Of a DNA stretch of 64,000 nucleotides, positions 25,784 to 39,288 are shown piece by piece. The DNA is from Rhina ancylostomus (lineage: Eukaryota). A program made the translations under genes and the position numbers. Position 1 is the first letter of the stretch. Each line of letters starts with the position of its first letter. Location of the stretch: contig JARFYF010000017.1 in the NCBI GenBank assembly GCA_030265395.1, forward strand, positions 34,342,229-34,406,228, given 5' to 3'. A model generated the notes under the pieces. It was given only the letters and a program-made list of their open reading frames with translations, was not told where the DNA came from and made no database searches.

Positions 25784-28291
25784 CTTAAAAACACACTTGA
25801 ATAAGGGGATTGTGTGCAAAATACTTAGTGTCAAGTGGCTTCTCTGCCATAAATGCAAGTAATTATTATGAAAGATCTGTTCATACTTCTCTATGAACAG
25901 ATTCAAGGAGAGTGCACAATGCTTTAAGAATCAGATGCACAGTATGTTTGAAGGATGCATGCCATTGTGCCATCACTACTTCAAGATTGATTTACTAGTT
26001 TAAACACTAATTCATTCAGCTGTAAACTAGTCATGTGAAAGACTATGATAGGTACTACAGAATACATAATAAATTTCACATGGAGGCCAAATTCTTGATT
26101 AAAATATTTCCAAATGAGCTATAATGTGATATGTATAATCAATCTGATTGTTGCTGGTCTTGTATTACACTGGTATCAAAAGTGTTAAAACTGAGAATTT
26201 GCTTTGAAATAGATGGAAATTCTTGATGCCAAGTGATGTGATCAACTTGCAGAAGTCTGTAGCATACTTCTAGGCTCCAAATAACTTCAGATACTTGTCA
26301 TCACCAAGAGGCATTGCTAAGCCCAAGATAGCTTAGAGGTAGATCCTTGTTATTACAAAAGATTTCATATTATCATTTTCTATGAATGTTTAATAATTCA
26401 TAGTTCTAGTCTAAATTTCCCTTTCCCCAGATTTAGTGATTTCAAAAGGTTTTCTTGTCCTTAGTGTTCTTGAAGTGTGATTAAATTACTTCAGGATGCT
26501 TAAGGCTGGTATCTTGAACCACCATCAGATAACAGACTGAAACATCCTGAAGTAATCAAGCTGAAACAACACTACAGATAAGAAAGATACTGAAATCATG
26601 GAGAATAATCCTGTAGAAAGAAACTTTATTATACAGTTATTCATATATAATACATACACATGTATATCAGGCTTGGAAAATTCCACTTGCCAACTGCCCA
26701 GAGGCATATTACTTCTAAGCTTTGGCAATCTTAAAGTAAAATCAACTCACTAGCTTACAGCACCATCTCCAGCCCTTTATGATTTCTTTCTCAACATTCT
26801 TGTTTCAGTTGGTGATCTGAAACAATTTGCTGAAACGCATTTATCCTACTGATTAATTCTGCATTAATATCAATATTGCTTTATATACTATTTATGATTA
26901 GTTTCCTTTGATGAATGTTGAGAGAAATTTAGAGGGTGAAAAGTTAATTTAGGACTTTCAAAGAAATATGATATTTATCACCCTTTAAGTAATACTTGAA
27001 ATATTTTCCAAGCATCCACATATAGACTAATAGCTTCTAGTGTATATTGATGTACTAGCAGCCTCCAGACACTTTTGTCAGGTACATCAAATTTGAAGTC
27101 ACAATGTTACATGCAAGCTCCCAAATCATTGGTCATTATGTTGTGGAATATCCACCACTGGAAACAAGGACATGAAGAGAAAAGGCTTTGAGTCTACTGA
27201 CCGAGGAATCCATTGGTTGAGCACTTAGTCTTTGCAGTCTTAAATGCTTGATATCAGCACAATACACACTTGAGATGGCGGTGACAGGGCAATAATTTGC
27301 ATATTCTCCCAGGAGAAACCACAGCTTGTGGAAGTAAGATAGAAATGGTTCCGTACAGGAAAAGGCATATTAAACCAGCAGTGCATGGTAGACCAGCACA
27401 CAGGTCTAATGCGGTAATGTTCTATTGCACACAAGGTCCAATGCATCAACTGCAACAGGACCAGCTTTGCACAATGAGCTAATGGAGGAACTTGGGTACG
27501 TGGTGGATTATGTCGAGCAGGTGGAAGATCCTGGGCTGGATAGGGCAGGCCAAAGCTTTAGTGGGGAGGGGATTTAGACCTTGAGGATCAAAGGACAAAG
27601 TGTGGTCTGGCTTGTGACTGGCCACAGAGCAATGGAGGGGGGAGGAAAAGTTAGGGACATCCAGTGGAGGGGTCCTGAAGGAGAACCCACAATAAGAGGG
27701 GGGCATGGGCTTAGAGTTGGAGCAAGCAGAAAAGAAAAAAAACTTAACAGGTCTACCTCTGGGATCTGGTCAGGCTTTAAATTGCAGTGAAGTAGGCCTC
27801 TCCTGTCTCATGAAGGCTTGCTTTTGCCTGATGTCCACACGNNNNNNNNNNNNNNNNNNNNNNNNNNNNNNNNNNNNNNNNNNNNNNNNNNNNNNNNNNN
27901 NNNNNNNNNNNNNNNNNNNNNNNNNNNNNNNNNNNNNNNNNNNNNNNNNNNNNNNNNNNNNNNNNNNNNNNNNNNNNNNNNNNNNNNACCATGGAGCAAA
28001 TACCAAACCCATTCAGTGATCAAATTTTTGATTAAATTCCATTGTGTAGCAAACAAAAACATTACACTGCACAGATGAATTTCCAGACCAGAGACTTACA
28101 GCAGAAGTTTGGGATACAATCTGTGTTCACAAACATAAATGCAACAGAGAAAAAGTTTCTCTGTTGTAGAAGGTAGAGAACAAGTTAGCTTTCTATTGTG
28201 TTCTCTCCCTTGTGTTTTGTGGGAATTATTTCAAGATGTTTTAGCTCATCACTTTCAATTTTGTTCTTCATTTTAGCAGCATATATATCAC

Positions 28292-28437
28292 CCAGGTGGT
28301 CATTCTTCACAAATGCATCTAATGGCAAGCTGGAGATCATCATAGGCAAATGTAACACTGATCCTACCTGATAAGTACATAGATTTCCAGTGGGAATCAC
28401 AGTATGTAGCCAACCAACAATCTGTCCTCTACTTGGT
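28292..28437 (-). CDS. Candidate internal coding exon (PSRGQIVGWLHTVIPTGNLCTYQVGSVLHLPMMISSLPLDAFVKNDHL)
   Basis: Acceptor ttacttccgcactcttag|, phase 2. Donor is either CAG|gtagga at 28368 (phase 0) or weak TGG|gtgata at 28292 (phase 1, compatible with the next candidate). Lies within ORF 28185-28472. Confidence 0.3.
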
Positions 28438-31400
28438 CTAAGAGTGCGGAAGTAACACGGATGGAGATTCACAAATTGAGCACAGACTGGACTTCAGATC
28501 TAGGACATTCTGATTCATATCACTTGTTAGCAAAGGGGAATAGAGTATTTTAGCATAAACAATTCAGCAAACTGAGTCTTAAAAGCACAAGGATTGAGAA
28601 AAGACTATTTAACTCACAAAATATGCTGTGGCAACAAAACTCCAATTCCAAAAAGAATAGTTTCTGGTTTAGAATATTACACTGAATTGTGTCAATCTAT
28701 CTGCCAAAGGATATTAAATTTAACTGAATACAAAGTATTGAAACATTTGCTTTTGATCAAATGCTTTTAATAACCTTGAAAATGCACAGAAGCTTTGGCT
28801 TTCAACTCAGAAATGCATTTTTGAAAAATACTGATTTAAACCTTTACTCTCCTCTTGATAACAGTTCAACTGTGATATGTACATGTCATCTTTAAAGTAT
28901 GGAGCTAATTGATGGATGTGTCGAGCTCTTTTTGAGGTGAACAGGGCAGATAAATAAAAAGCCTATATTACATAAATCTATGCTGCCAACATCAAAGCAG
29001 CAGGATCCCACTAAGTGTATTTGGATAATGCAGTAATTTATGCAAAAGTGGCTTGAGTTAGGCAGGTTTGTACTGTTCCAACAAAGCACCTTTGATAAAT
29101 ACCCCTAATTTATTGTCATGTACCTTAAATCAAAGTAAAACATTTACAGCCTGTGTGTTGAAGTAATACAGAAGTCCCATCAGTTCAAGGAATGCAGGGG
29201 CTTAATTTTTCAAAAAAATCTCAGGGCCAGTATTGAAAGTTAAGATTACAAAATTCATAAAACTGAATGCTAATGTATTATGCATTTTGGATTGAAAAAC
29301 TAAACAGGGATTTTAATAAAAGGTATTTTCTTTTACTGGCTTGAAAATTTGTTATTAAACCATGAGCTGTCAAAAAATGTGTGCGTTTCTCTTAATGCAT
29401 CAGTCAAAAGAAAAAAGGTGTCAAAGTTAAGTGCTCAGACATTATTTAAAGACTGATAAATATTTTTAGAATCTGTTAGATGTAGTTCTTGGGTAAATGG
29501 AGAATTTGAGAGATGCAGCATTCTTGGGCTGGTAAAGATTTTGATATATTTAAAAAGTAACTCAAGCTAGTGAAACAAAAACAGACTGTTCTTTACACTT
29601 GGGAATACAGATTTAGACAAATTCCCTAATTTGCACTCTTCCATCAAGGGAGAGTTTAATTTCAGACATAATCTGATAACATCTGGTCCACTGCTTGCAA
29701 AGAAAAAGCTGATCTTAGCATGATCTTATTGGAGGGAGGGAATGTTTTGTGAACAGACTCTGAGATCAAAAAACTGTGTTGGGGAGGGGGATGATCTCAC
29801 TGGTATACAGAATGTTGTGTTAGATAGAAAGGGAAATTCAAAATTAGTTGCTTTTATTTTGCTTGAGAACTGAAATTGCAAAGTCCTTGCATTAAATGAA
29901 GAAATGCAGTTTTTGCTGTACAAGTTTTATTTTTCAAAATTGTGTTTTCAATTTCATTTATGATTGAGTAGGCCCCTAATGTCATCTTCACAATTTAATT
30001 TAATTTAACCACACACAGCTTTTATAACATTAGAACATACTTCCATTGCGTGCACTTCACTTCTCTGTGAAAAGTTAAATAAAAAGCAGAGTATGGCTTG
30101 AAATACCACATGTGCTAGCCAGTACATAATAGTATTAAAGTTGTGTCTGGAATGTCCAACTGTGTCATAGAAAGCCTGAAAATTTCAAATAATCATACCA
30201 GTTTACACTTACACATGGCTTAAGGTCCTGGTCAATGTGAATTGCACGCACTAGATATTATTTTTGCCAATGATACTTTATTACAACTACCTGATCTGCA
30301 CTGAATTTGTTCATTTAGGATGTTTGGTATACTTTTATTCCATACCAGTGATTAGGGATCAGGCTGCAGTTGGGGAGCAAGGCTATTTGACAGGGAATGG
30401 AGCACATTGCATTACTGGGAGAAGAACTGTGCTGGGGTAGCAAATGTGGAGCACATGTGGGACAGAGATGTGGGGCACTGCAGGGCCAAGAAGCAGAGAG
30501 AGCAGCATGGGAGCATCACGAGTTGGACAGAAGAAGCATAATTTCTAAATTAAAACCACTCAAGTTGGAGAGTGCAAAGGACCTGATGGCAACTGTTCAG
30601 TCAGAATTCTTTCCCCTGAATCTAATTCCCAATTGAAACACAAATTCAGAAGAAACATTTCTGTTTATCCAATCAGAATATCAGGAACAATGCTTTTATT
30701 ATGGATGACAGCAAAACTGACCGTGCTTGGAGTATGCCATGTTTTCCCAATTGTAAGTGCTGCTTGTACTCTGCCAATTATCAGTTTAAAAGAAATATTT
30801 TTGCAAATTTTAGTGCACCCCGTTGGCAGGTACATTATGATTTTCATCAATTCTGAGAGGTTGTTACTTGGGTGGAGCTTTCTTCTTCTGTTAAGATCCT
30901 GCAAATTAGTCAACTTTATGGGTGTCCAGATCATTGTCTTAATTTTTCATATTATAAATATTAACCAGAATACTCATTTTGTAATCCTTTAGCTGGAGAT
31001 CTGCATTGCAAATTCCAAAGGAAGGAACCTAACACTTTCATTATCATTTCAATATCATTACTGGGCAGCCGGATTACCACTAAAATGCATTTGAATGAAT
31101 TAAGTAATTTCATTGGTAGCTTTAGTTTTGTGATTTTTTTTTAAAAAAAGAATGCTTTGTAAGAATTGATTGATTGTTTTGCCATTGTGTCTTGCTGCTT
31201 TCCAATGTGTACATTACAGCAAAATTAGGATTGTTAGAAAATAGGCTTTGAACTCATGTTTGGGGGGGGGGGGGGGGGGAAGAAAAGGAAGAAAGGGATA
31301 AAAAACATAAGCCAATATTTCTTGTTTGAACACATCTGGACTGTACAATTCAAGGTACAATGAATGTTATCTGCACAAATTAAACAGACATGCAACTTCA

Positions 31401-31781
31401 TAATTTTGAGCATGACTTACTTAAATTTTCACCCTTAGAGTTTGTAGGCCAAACTATAATAGATATTACTAGCCTGCCAAATAATGGCACAGACACCAAA
31501 TATTTGGTCACTTGACAGACTAAACCATAGCTTGAGGCACATTTTACAGTTGCATTGTGGTTGGTAATCTGATTTTGGATTAAGTCTTTGAATTTTGAGT
31601 CTAATCTACTTCATAATTGGACTAGTGCAAGTAATTCTAAAATGGAATTTGCACCAAACACATTTAATCTTTATTCACAGCAACGTAACAAGCTATACAA
31701 AAAAAGGGTTTTTAAACTGAGACAATCTCTTTAAAATGGGTTTGGCTGCACAAAAACCTCTCCAGATCCCAGATTACTCAC

Positions 31782-31969
31782 GAATTATTCCACAGGAGAT
31801 GGTTTGGCATTTTGTTCCATTCAAGGCAGTTGACAAATGGTGGGACGAATTGAGAAACAACAATTCTAAAGCAGGTTTTGTTTTCTAGATAAGCACAACT
31901 GATTTTAGACTCCTTATCTTTTCTGAATGTCCCAAAAATAAATTCTGTATCTTGTGCAATTAACTTCTC
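31782..31969 (-). CDS. Candidate internal coding exon (EKLIAQDTEFIFGTFRKDKESKISCAYLENKTCFRIVVSQFVPPFVNCLEWNKMPNHLLWNN)
   Basis: Acceptor taatctgttacag|GAG, strong donor TTC|gtgagt, 188 nt, phase 0 to 2. Confidence 0.45.
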
Positions 31970-32879
31970 CTGTAACAGATTACATTTTCTACATCTTTCA
32001 AAAGCAAAGAAGCTTCTCATTATTATTGCCCCATCTTAAAGAAAAAAAATCTTGTTACAAGCAGTAACAGTGATTAAGGATGTGCATTCCTTACTATAAA
32101 GTCTTTGAGAACCTTGCTTTAGTAGTTCACAAGAAAGACAAAGAAGCTTTGCTGGGGTCATTGAAAACATATGTGCATTTAGTTCTTGTTGCAAAAAGTA
32201 GAAAATGACATTAGCAGGGTTTGACCTTGTAGCAGAACATGGCTTTTTACTTGTACAGGACCAATAGCTCTCTGCCTGCACTGCTTATTGATAGCAGCAG
32301 TTGAAAATCCTATTGTATACATTATCTTAAATTCTTTCTAATTTCTTAATGGCACAATCACACAGATCAAATTTACACCTGAGAAATTTACTGCAGGAAA
32401 AAAAGTGTCTTAAAGTTGATTGCCCTTAGGCCAATACAAATAAAAACCCTCACGTTATCTTTCAGTATATTCAGGCAATTCAAATACAAGTTGCAAGAAA
32501 ATAGTGGACATGATATTGAGGAGACATCTTTTCACCAATGTGCTCATAGTGTCTGAAGTAGGAGTTGGCAGAAAACCATCTTCAGTTTAAAATTTTATAC
32601 ACTTGGTTCAAGATAATACTAAAATGTTGAGTGTCAGAAAGACAATTTTGTGAAACAGTTTGTTTCAGTGTTTTTACAGAGCTGAGGGGTGGCATATGGA
32701 ACTAATAATCAGATGGCATTATAACTATGCACGTTCTAATTGAATTCCATTTTTGAAAACCATAATTTAAAATCATTTTATAGCATTATCATCAATATTA
32801 GCTATGTTGAATGAGTTCTATTTTAACTTTTATTTGGACAAGTATAGCAATGGAATTAAACATTATGATTATCATTGAT

Positions 32880-33585
32880 TATCTGCACTCCTGACCTTAT
32901 GATGGAAGGAAGGTCATTGATGAAGCAGCTGAAAATAGTTGTGCCTAGAACACTGCCCGGGGGAACTCTTCCACTGATGCTGTGGGGCTGGGGTAATTGA
33001 CCTCCAACAACAACAACCATTTTCCTTTTTCGTGAGGAATGACTCCAGCTACTGGAAAGTTTTCCTTTTGATGCCCTTTGACTTCATTTTAACCAGGCAC
33101 CCCTTGATATCACATGCTGCCTCAACGGCAAGAGAAGTCACTCTCACCTCACCTGTGGAATTCAGCTCTTTGCTCTGTAGTTGTACCAAGACTGACAAGA
33201 TCTGGAGCGGAGTCATTCTGGTAAAAGACAAACTTGTCAATAGTGAGAAGGTTATTGGTGAATAGTACTGTTTGCTAGTACAATTAATAAAATCTTGTCT
33301 CAATATGCTGATGAATGAATGTGGAATGTAGTAATTAACTAGATTGGATTTGTCCTGCTTTGGTAAACGGGACACAGCTAGGTAATTTCCCACATTGTCA
33401 GGCAGATTCCAGCGTTGCAATTGAACTAAAAGTTTGGCTGGAGGTACAATTGGTTCTGGAGCACAGGTCTTCAGTACCAAAGCTGGGATGTTGGCTTGGC
33501 TGTAGCTGGTGCTCTTAGCCACTTCTCAGAATTTTTTGGAGTGAACCATGTCCACTGTGGACTGTCTTGTGATGGTTGTGATATC
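32880..33585 (-). mobile_element. LINE reverse-transcriptase fragment (second CR1/L2-group family)
   Basis: ORF 33049-33522 has NIPALVLKTCAPE..PPAKL and ELNSTGEVRVTSLAVEAACD..GCLVKMKSKGI. 32890-32970 reads VPPGSVLGTTIFSCFINDLPSIIRS (RT motif PQGSVLGP). Confidence 0.88.
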
Positions 33586-33699
33586 AGGAGGGAATCCAAA
33601 AGCATCTCTTATACTTTTTATAGCATATATAATTGGCACAGGAACAGTCAAGGACAGGAAAGAGCACATTCAGCCCATTGATAATCATTTTTTTTTAAT

Positions 33700-34425
33700 A
33701 CAAATTTTGGAGGTATAGGGAACTGTGAGGAGTATTGTAATAGATTTCAAGGATGTAAACACAGGCTTGTGGAATGGACAGATAAACTAAAGCTGAGAAG
33801 TGTTGTTCTTCTGACCAAAACACATGAGGCAATATCAGCCAAAGAGCACCATTCTAACAGGGGTAGTTCAAAGAACATGGCAGGGCAGTTTGAGAAAGTG
33901 GCTAAAGTCATGGTAAGCTTCATAAAGAGGCACAAGTAGTAATGATGAACCTTCATAACATACTGGCTTGGCCACAGATGGAGTATTGTGTCCCATTCTG
34001 GTGCCAGGGAAGATGTAGAGGATGCAGAAGAGATGTACTAAGATGATTCCAAGGCAGAGGGCTTATGTTGGTGGACTGGAAATAATAGGGTTGTTCTTCC
34101 TGGAAGTGGATACAAGGAGATCTGAGAGGCATTTAAAATAAAGGGTTTAGATGAAGTAGATGGGGAGAAATTGGTCCAATTGGTAGAATAATCAAGAATA
34201 AGAAAATAGGGAATGAAGGAGATTGGTGAAAACAAAAAAGGGCCAAAGAAGGTTTTACACTGGAGATAGATCAGACTAATGTTCAAAAGAGCAGAGCAAG
34301 TATCTGGAAAGGAAAGTATTTTCAGGATAGAGGGAACAGGACCATGTATACAAGTGCAATTCTCTTGCATAGATTCAGTAGAGATTCAATGGAACTCCTT
34401 CTGTTACAACCACTGCAATTCTGAA
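33700..34425 (+). mobile_element. Degenerate 5'-truncated CR1-type LINE
   Basis: GGAGGTATAGGGAACTGTGAGGAGTATTGTAATAGATTTCAAGG (region after the RT catalytic motif), PQMEYCVPFW near 33970, and CR1-like 3' UTR. Confidence 0.75.
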
Positions 34426-34869
34426 TTATTTCCTTATCCCACCACCCTTACTTCCAGCTTCACATTCATCTCTCAAAATCCCTGAACATATTAATTTGTC
34501 TCTCATTTTACAAATTAGCTTATACCCAACCCCCAAAACAGCACATGCTTATTACAATCTGTTATTTCTATTAAGTAGCCCCACTCCACCAGCTGGACTT
34601 GCTTTCATATAATATGTGCCAAGACAACTTATCGTTTTGTAAACCTCAGTGAAGTGCTGCCTTAACCTTCTATCTGGGAAGTAGAGGTTAAATCTTCACN
34701 NNNTCCTGATTAAAAATGTCCCTTTCTATTTGTGATAATTCTTTTGCTACCTCTTGATTCACCCAAATCTTAACAGTGACCAAGATTGAACACCGTCTTC
34801 CAAGTGCAACCCAACCTTCTGTAATAAAAAAGCCTCCTTAGTCTTTATTGTCTGGCCACATGCATCAAA

Positions 34870-36420
34870 TTAATCTGTTATAAACACACCTGGGTGTAAT
34901 GAAATTCTTTGCTCATGTGAATATTAAAGTAAACAGTATACATGGTAAATAAATTACAATAAATACAGCAATGAGTGCAAAACAGAATGGTGTACAGTTA
35001 GTAGTGCAGTCTGAAGTAGTGCAAAAGAAATGCTGAAGTGACAATAACAGAATAACCAAGAGGCAGAATTAAGAATCTGAAAATGTGGCAGCATCACTCG
35101 GAAGGTAATGTGAAAGAGGCGATTGGTTCAGGAGTCTAATAGCAGTGGGGAAGAAGCTGTTACAGTCTGGTCATCTGGGCTGACAAGACTCATTTTCTTC
35201 CAGAAGGTAGAAGGGAAAGAAAATGGAATGGACAGAGTGGCAGGCATCCTTGACTCTACTATTAGCCTTCCTGAAGCAACGGGAAGTTGCAGCACAGACA
35301 AGAAGGGCCGAATGGCCTGTTTACTGTGCTGTAGTGTTCTATGGTTCTAACACACCATGAAGATGGATTGAAGTGTGATGGACAAGGCAGTGTTTACCAC
35401 TTACTGCAGGTTCCTTTAGTCCAAGATGGAGCCGATGCCATACTGAGCTGAGATGCAACCCATCAGGGCAATTTCTATCATGTATTTGCAGAAGTTCAAG
35501 AGAATCCTTGTCCACAAGTCAAATCTTCTCAGATGCCAAAGAAAGTAAATGCACTGATGTGCTTTCTTCATCACTGGATAAGTTTGGAGGGATCAGGTGA
35601 GGTTGCTGATAATATAGATATTTAGAAGCTTGAAGCTGTTGACCATCTCTACAGCAGCTCTGTTAATGAGCCAGTGTTGCATTCACCCACCACTTCCTTG
35701 GGTCAATAACCAGCTCTTTTGTCTTGCTGATGTTAAGGGCCAGGTTACTGTTCTGACACCATGACATTGTTTATCATCTCTTCCCTGTAGTTCATCTCAT
35801 CATTGTTGTTGGTGTGGCATATGACAATGATGTCAGTGAACTTGAAGACAGAGTTTGCGCTGTATCTAGCCACACAGTCGTGGGTATACAAGGAGTAGAG
35901 CAAGGGACTGCACACAACCCTGGAGAGCACCAGTGTTAAGGGTCAGGGTGGATGAAAAGTTATAACCAAATCTAACCAACTGAGGTCTACTGGTCAGAAA
36001 GTCCAGAATTCAGTTTTGGATGAGAGCCCCAAGGCCAAGGTTCATGATGTTAGAGATATTATTGGGTATTATGGTGTTGAAGGCCAAGCTGTAATCAATG
36101 GATAGCATCCTGACATGTAGTCTTATTGTCAAAGTGATCCAGAACTGAATGTAGCGCAAGGGAGATGGCATTCTCTGTGTACTCATTTTTCCTACATGCA
36201 GGGGGTCTAGATTGTCTTGGAGACTGGCACTGATGTGGGCCATTAACCAGTCTTTCAAAACACTACATTATGGTTGATGTTAGAGCTACTGCTCAGTAGT
36301 CATTGAGCCAGGACACTACTTTTCTTGGGGACTAGAATGATGGAGGTTTCCTTGAAGCAGATGGGAACAGTGCACTGTTGAAGAGAGATTGAAGATGTCG
36401 GTAAAGACAGTGGTCAGTTG
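34870..36420 (-). mobile_element. 5'-truncated Rex1/Babar-type LINE
   Basis: ORFs 36010-36258 (LMAHISASLQDNLDPL...HVRMLSIDYSLAFNTIIP) and 35745-35930 ([37 protein letters not shown]) are diagnostic Rex1 RT motifs. C-terminus and 3' UTR run down to about 34870. Confidence 0.9.
35285..35350 (+). mobile_element. CR1-type 3' tail inserted in the Rex1 element
   Basis: GCACAGACAAGAAGGGCCGAATGGCCTGTTTACTGTGCTGTAGTGTTCTATGGTTCTA. Confidence 0.8.
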
Positions 36421-37814
36421 CTTAATCATATCATTTGCTTTTTCTTTTTAAAAACTGCTTTGTTACTGTCCAGGCAATGAAATGTTTGGTGTACCATTGC
36501 ATCCAAAATCCTTTCAGAATTTCTCTACTCATTGGCTACATTCTTCGCACATGTTTTTACCCAATTTACAAGACTCCACATTTGTTAGTANNNNNNNNNN
36601 TACTTTGCTATTTATTCTTCCAAATTATTTGTTAGTTGTCAGGTTAATTCCTTTCTAGTGTGATTCAGTAATTTGCCTTAACTTTGGAATAGCAACTACC
36701 TCTCACAGCACCAGAATGAGGTTACAATTTCAATGTCAACCTTGCTTATAACCTTAAGATTACTGACTTGGTTCCAACTCATTCAATTATGAGCAGTTTT
36801 CTGCTCAATAGTAAATAAAGAATCCAGTTTAGTTCATTTCAGAACCCTTTCCACCCAATCAGATCAAGCAAGATTCAAAGTAATGGCCTGAATTGGAAAG
36901 GACAGCAGAATAATATACTTTGCTGCTCTATCCCCTGCTGTTATTTGTGAGCACTGTTCTATTCTTTGCCTTTCAGGTTGGTTGTGAAGGTTTGCAGGCT
37001 TGATAGTTTGCCACTTGCACAGATCTTTCCTATTAATTTCTGTGGTATTAAATTCCTGTCTGTAGCAAGCTGTTCCATTTAATAAACACTTTTCTTCCCA
37101 CCTGCAGTGCACCCCAGTAATCCAAAGTGAACTTGTACTCTTTGCCCCTTAACACTTATTAGAAAGTGACCCATGTTCAGACAACAAAAGGTGTGGAATG
37201 CAGTGAAGGTCTATTCTTAGGAGGTGAGCATTAAATAATGGGCATTCTCACTTCGATGTCAGATGCATTTCTTGGTTTTCCAATGTGGGATGCAATTGGC
37301 AGCTCTCAGAATGTTATATGCTTTAATCAAACATAACACTGTAGTTTACAGATTAGTTTAACAAACACTAACCCCTTGAGATCAATTTTTGGCTAAAGGA
37401 AGGATGTACTTATATTCACACATTTGCATCTGTGTGAAGTGATTTCTGATGCAAAGCAATGCAAAAGTGATAAATTTAACACAGGAATCAGCTCCCACAG
37501 GAATTTCATCAGGGGAACCATTTCACACCATTTGGGCTAGACATTGCATATAGCATCTAATTCTGGTACATTTTGACGTGAAGTTTTCAAAGTGGATCTC
37601 CATGGCTCTTCCCCAGTTTGCAGAAGTCTTCTGTAATACATTTATTGAGAAAGGATCAGTCTATTTAAAATTCACTAAGAGCCAAGGTTTGTACAGTACA
37701 GGCCATTAGTATGTGATTTGCAACTTGGATACAACTCATTTCTTTGAGGCTATGAATGAACTTTTAATCCAGTGCATTACAAATGAGCTGTTGTTAATAC
37801 AGCCAAGATTTAAG

Positions 37815-38320
37815 TAACAAAACAAATGCAAACAGATGTTTTACAGCCAGTGAAATACCCTTGAAAATGTATTTATTGGAACAATGTAGGACACAGACCA
37901 GCTAATTTGTACACACTAGTCTTCCACATACAGCAATATGATACTGACCATTTAATGGCCCCACTAGAGTTTGCCAAGATATTGGATCATTCCCAGACCA
38001 TGTCATATTTCCCATCATAACTTTTATCCTTTCCTTGTCTTCAGTCTGCTTCTCCCATGACCACATTCAATGGTTCACTCTCCCAACATTACTGGCAAGC
38101 TCTCAAACAGCCATTGGAAATCCTCTTTTGTAAGACTGAATGAGAGATAAGTGTTACTGTACAGTTTCCTTGCAGAAGGTGGCACCTCTGACAGTGTAGT
38201 ATTCACTCAGTACAGTACTCAAGGGGCAGCTTAGATTTGTGTCCAAATCTCCAGAGTGGAACTCAACCTTCTGACTTGTATGCAAGATTGTCTACTATAG
38301 CCAACGGTGAACATAGTGTC
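37815..38320 (-). mobile_element. DeuSINE (SacSINE1-like), interrupted
   Basis: Plus strand AATGTAGGACACAGACCAGCTAATTTGTACACACTAGTCTTCCACATACAGCAATATGATACTGACCA (Deu domain, antisense) and GGCACCTCTGACAGTGTAGTATTCACTCAGTAC...CTCCAGAGTGGAACTCAACCTTCTGACT (tRNA-derived head, antisense). Confidence 0.7.
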
Positions 38321-39171
38321 TGTAATACGCGAGAAGTATAGGGCCTAGAAATTCAATATCACAACACCTCCTTTCCTCTCTGCATTAAAAAATTGGGGAA
38401 GGAGATTTTTTTCCTCCTCTCAACTGAAACAAAATAACAGCCACTTCTACAGTCATTCATGATATCCTACTGGGGACTAGCATCTGCAAGCACCTTATGC
38501 CTAGGTACCCATTCCATTATTGAGGTACATGGGGTGATGTCATTCTCCACGCAACAATTTTGAGCATTCTTAGGCAAACAATGGCACATTCAGTCCTTGG
38601 GCCCACCAGCATAACATGTTCTTCCAAGTGCATTACTGGGACACCCAACAGAAAATAAATTACCTTTCATCTTNNNNNNNNNNNNNNNNNTGCCGTCACC
38701 TGTCTAACCTGTGTCTTCACCATCCCCAACTCCAGAATCATCCATTAACACCAGTACCTCTCCACCCATTATCCACCTATGCTACCATCCTCATTTTCCC
38801 TCCCCACCCATCCAATGGTACTGGTGCTTGAACCAATCATGACATCTAGTTTCCACCATCCTGTTCAAAGCAGAGATCTGAGCAGGACTCTGGCCCTCCT
38901 GAACTTTGCTTCAGAACAGCATGTCATTGAACAGGAGTGTGCAACTGAAGTTCACTGCAGAAAGCAGTAACCATAAGGGTCATGGGCTCACTCATTGCTA
39001 CATTCTTTAAGATAACTTGGCATAACTGGGCCAATCTATTTTATAAACATCATCCTTCATTTGTTGTTTTGATACTTTACATCAAATTAATTTTGCAAAC
39101 TTTTCTATATGAATACAAGTACTTTTTTTAAAAAACCCATTTTCCAACACAGGTACCAAAAAATGATTTAC

Positions 39172-39288
39172 TTGGCTTTTTACTTTGTTTGTTCACCAAT
39201 GTCTTCTGGAGAACACTGGATCTTGGAATTATTGGAAGTGTACCAACTAATCTGATCAACACTGACCCTTGCATACTGTTGTTGAGGA
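39172..39288 (-). CDS. Weak candidate coding exon (LNNSMQGSVLIRLVGTLPIIPRSSVLQKTLVNKQSKKP)
   Basis: Acceptor ttctatcctgatgcacag|, donor CAA|gtaaat, 117 nt, phase 1 to 1. A second frame is almost fully open, so the frame is ambiguous. Confidence 0.25.

Noticed and set aside
27170-27480. Possible RTE-clade LINE fragment on the minus strand (TCVLVYHA)
   Set aside because: Single weak motif; insufficient for a call.
23990-27840. C-rich block (~24000-24400) and G-rich block (~27480-27840) as inverted arms of one element
   Set aside because: Complementarity is compositional only, with no alignable arms or TSD. They are probably separate decayed non-autonomous elements.
30633-30992. Overlapping 119-aa (+) and 89-aa (-) ORFs
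   Set aside because: No recognisable domain; the minus-strand phase 0>0 reading does not fit the exon chain.
31262-31278. Poly-G run (also poly-C near 25265 and 40820) as G-quadruplex
   Set aside because: Simple homopolymers, common and error-prone in assemblies.
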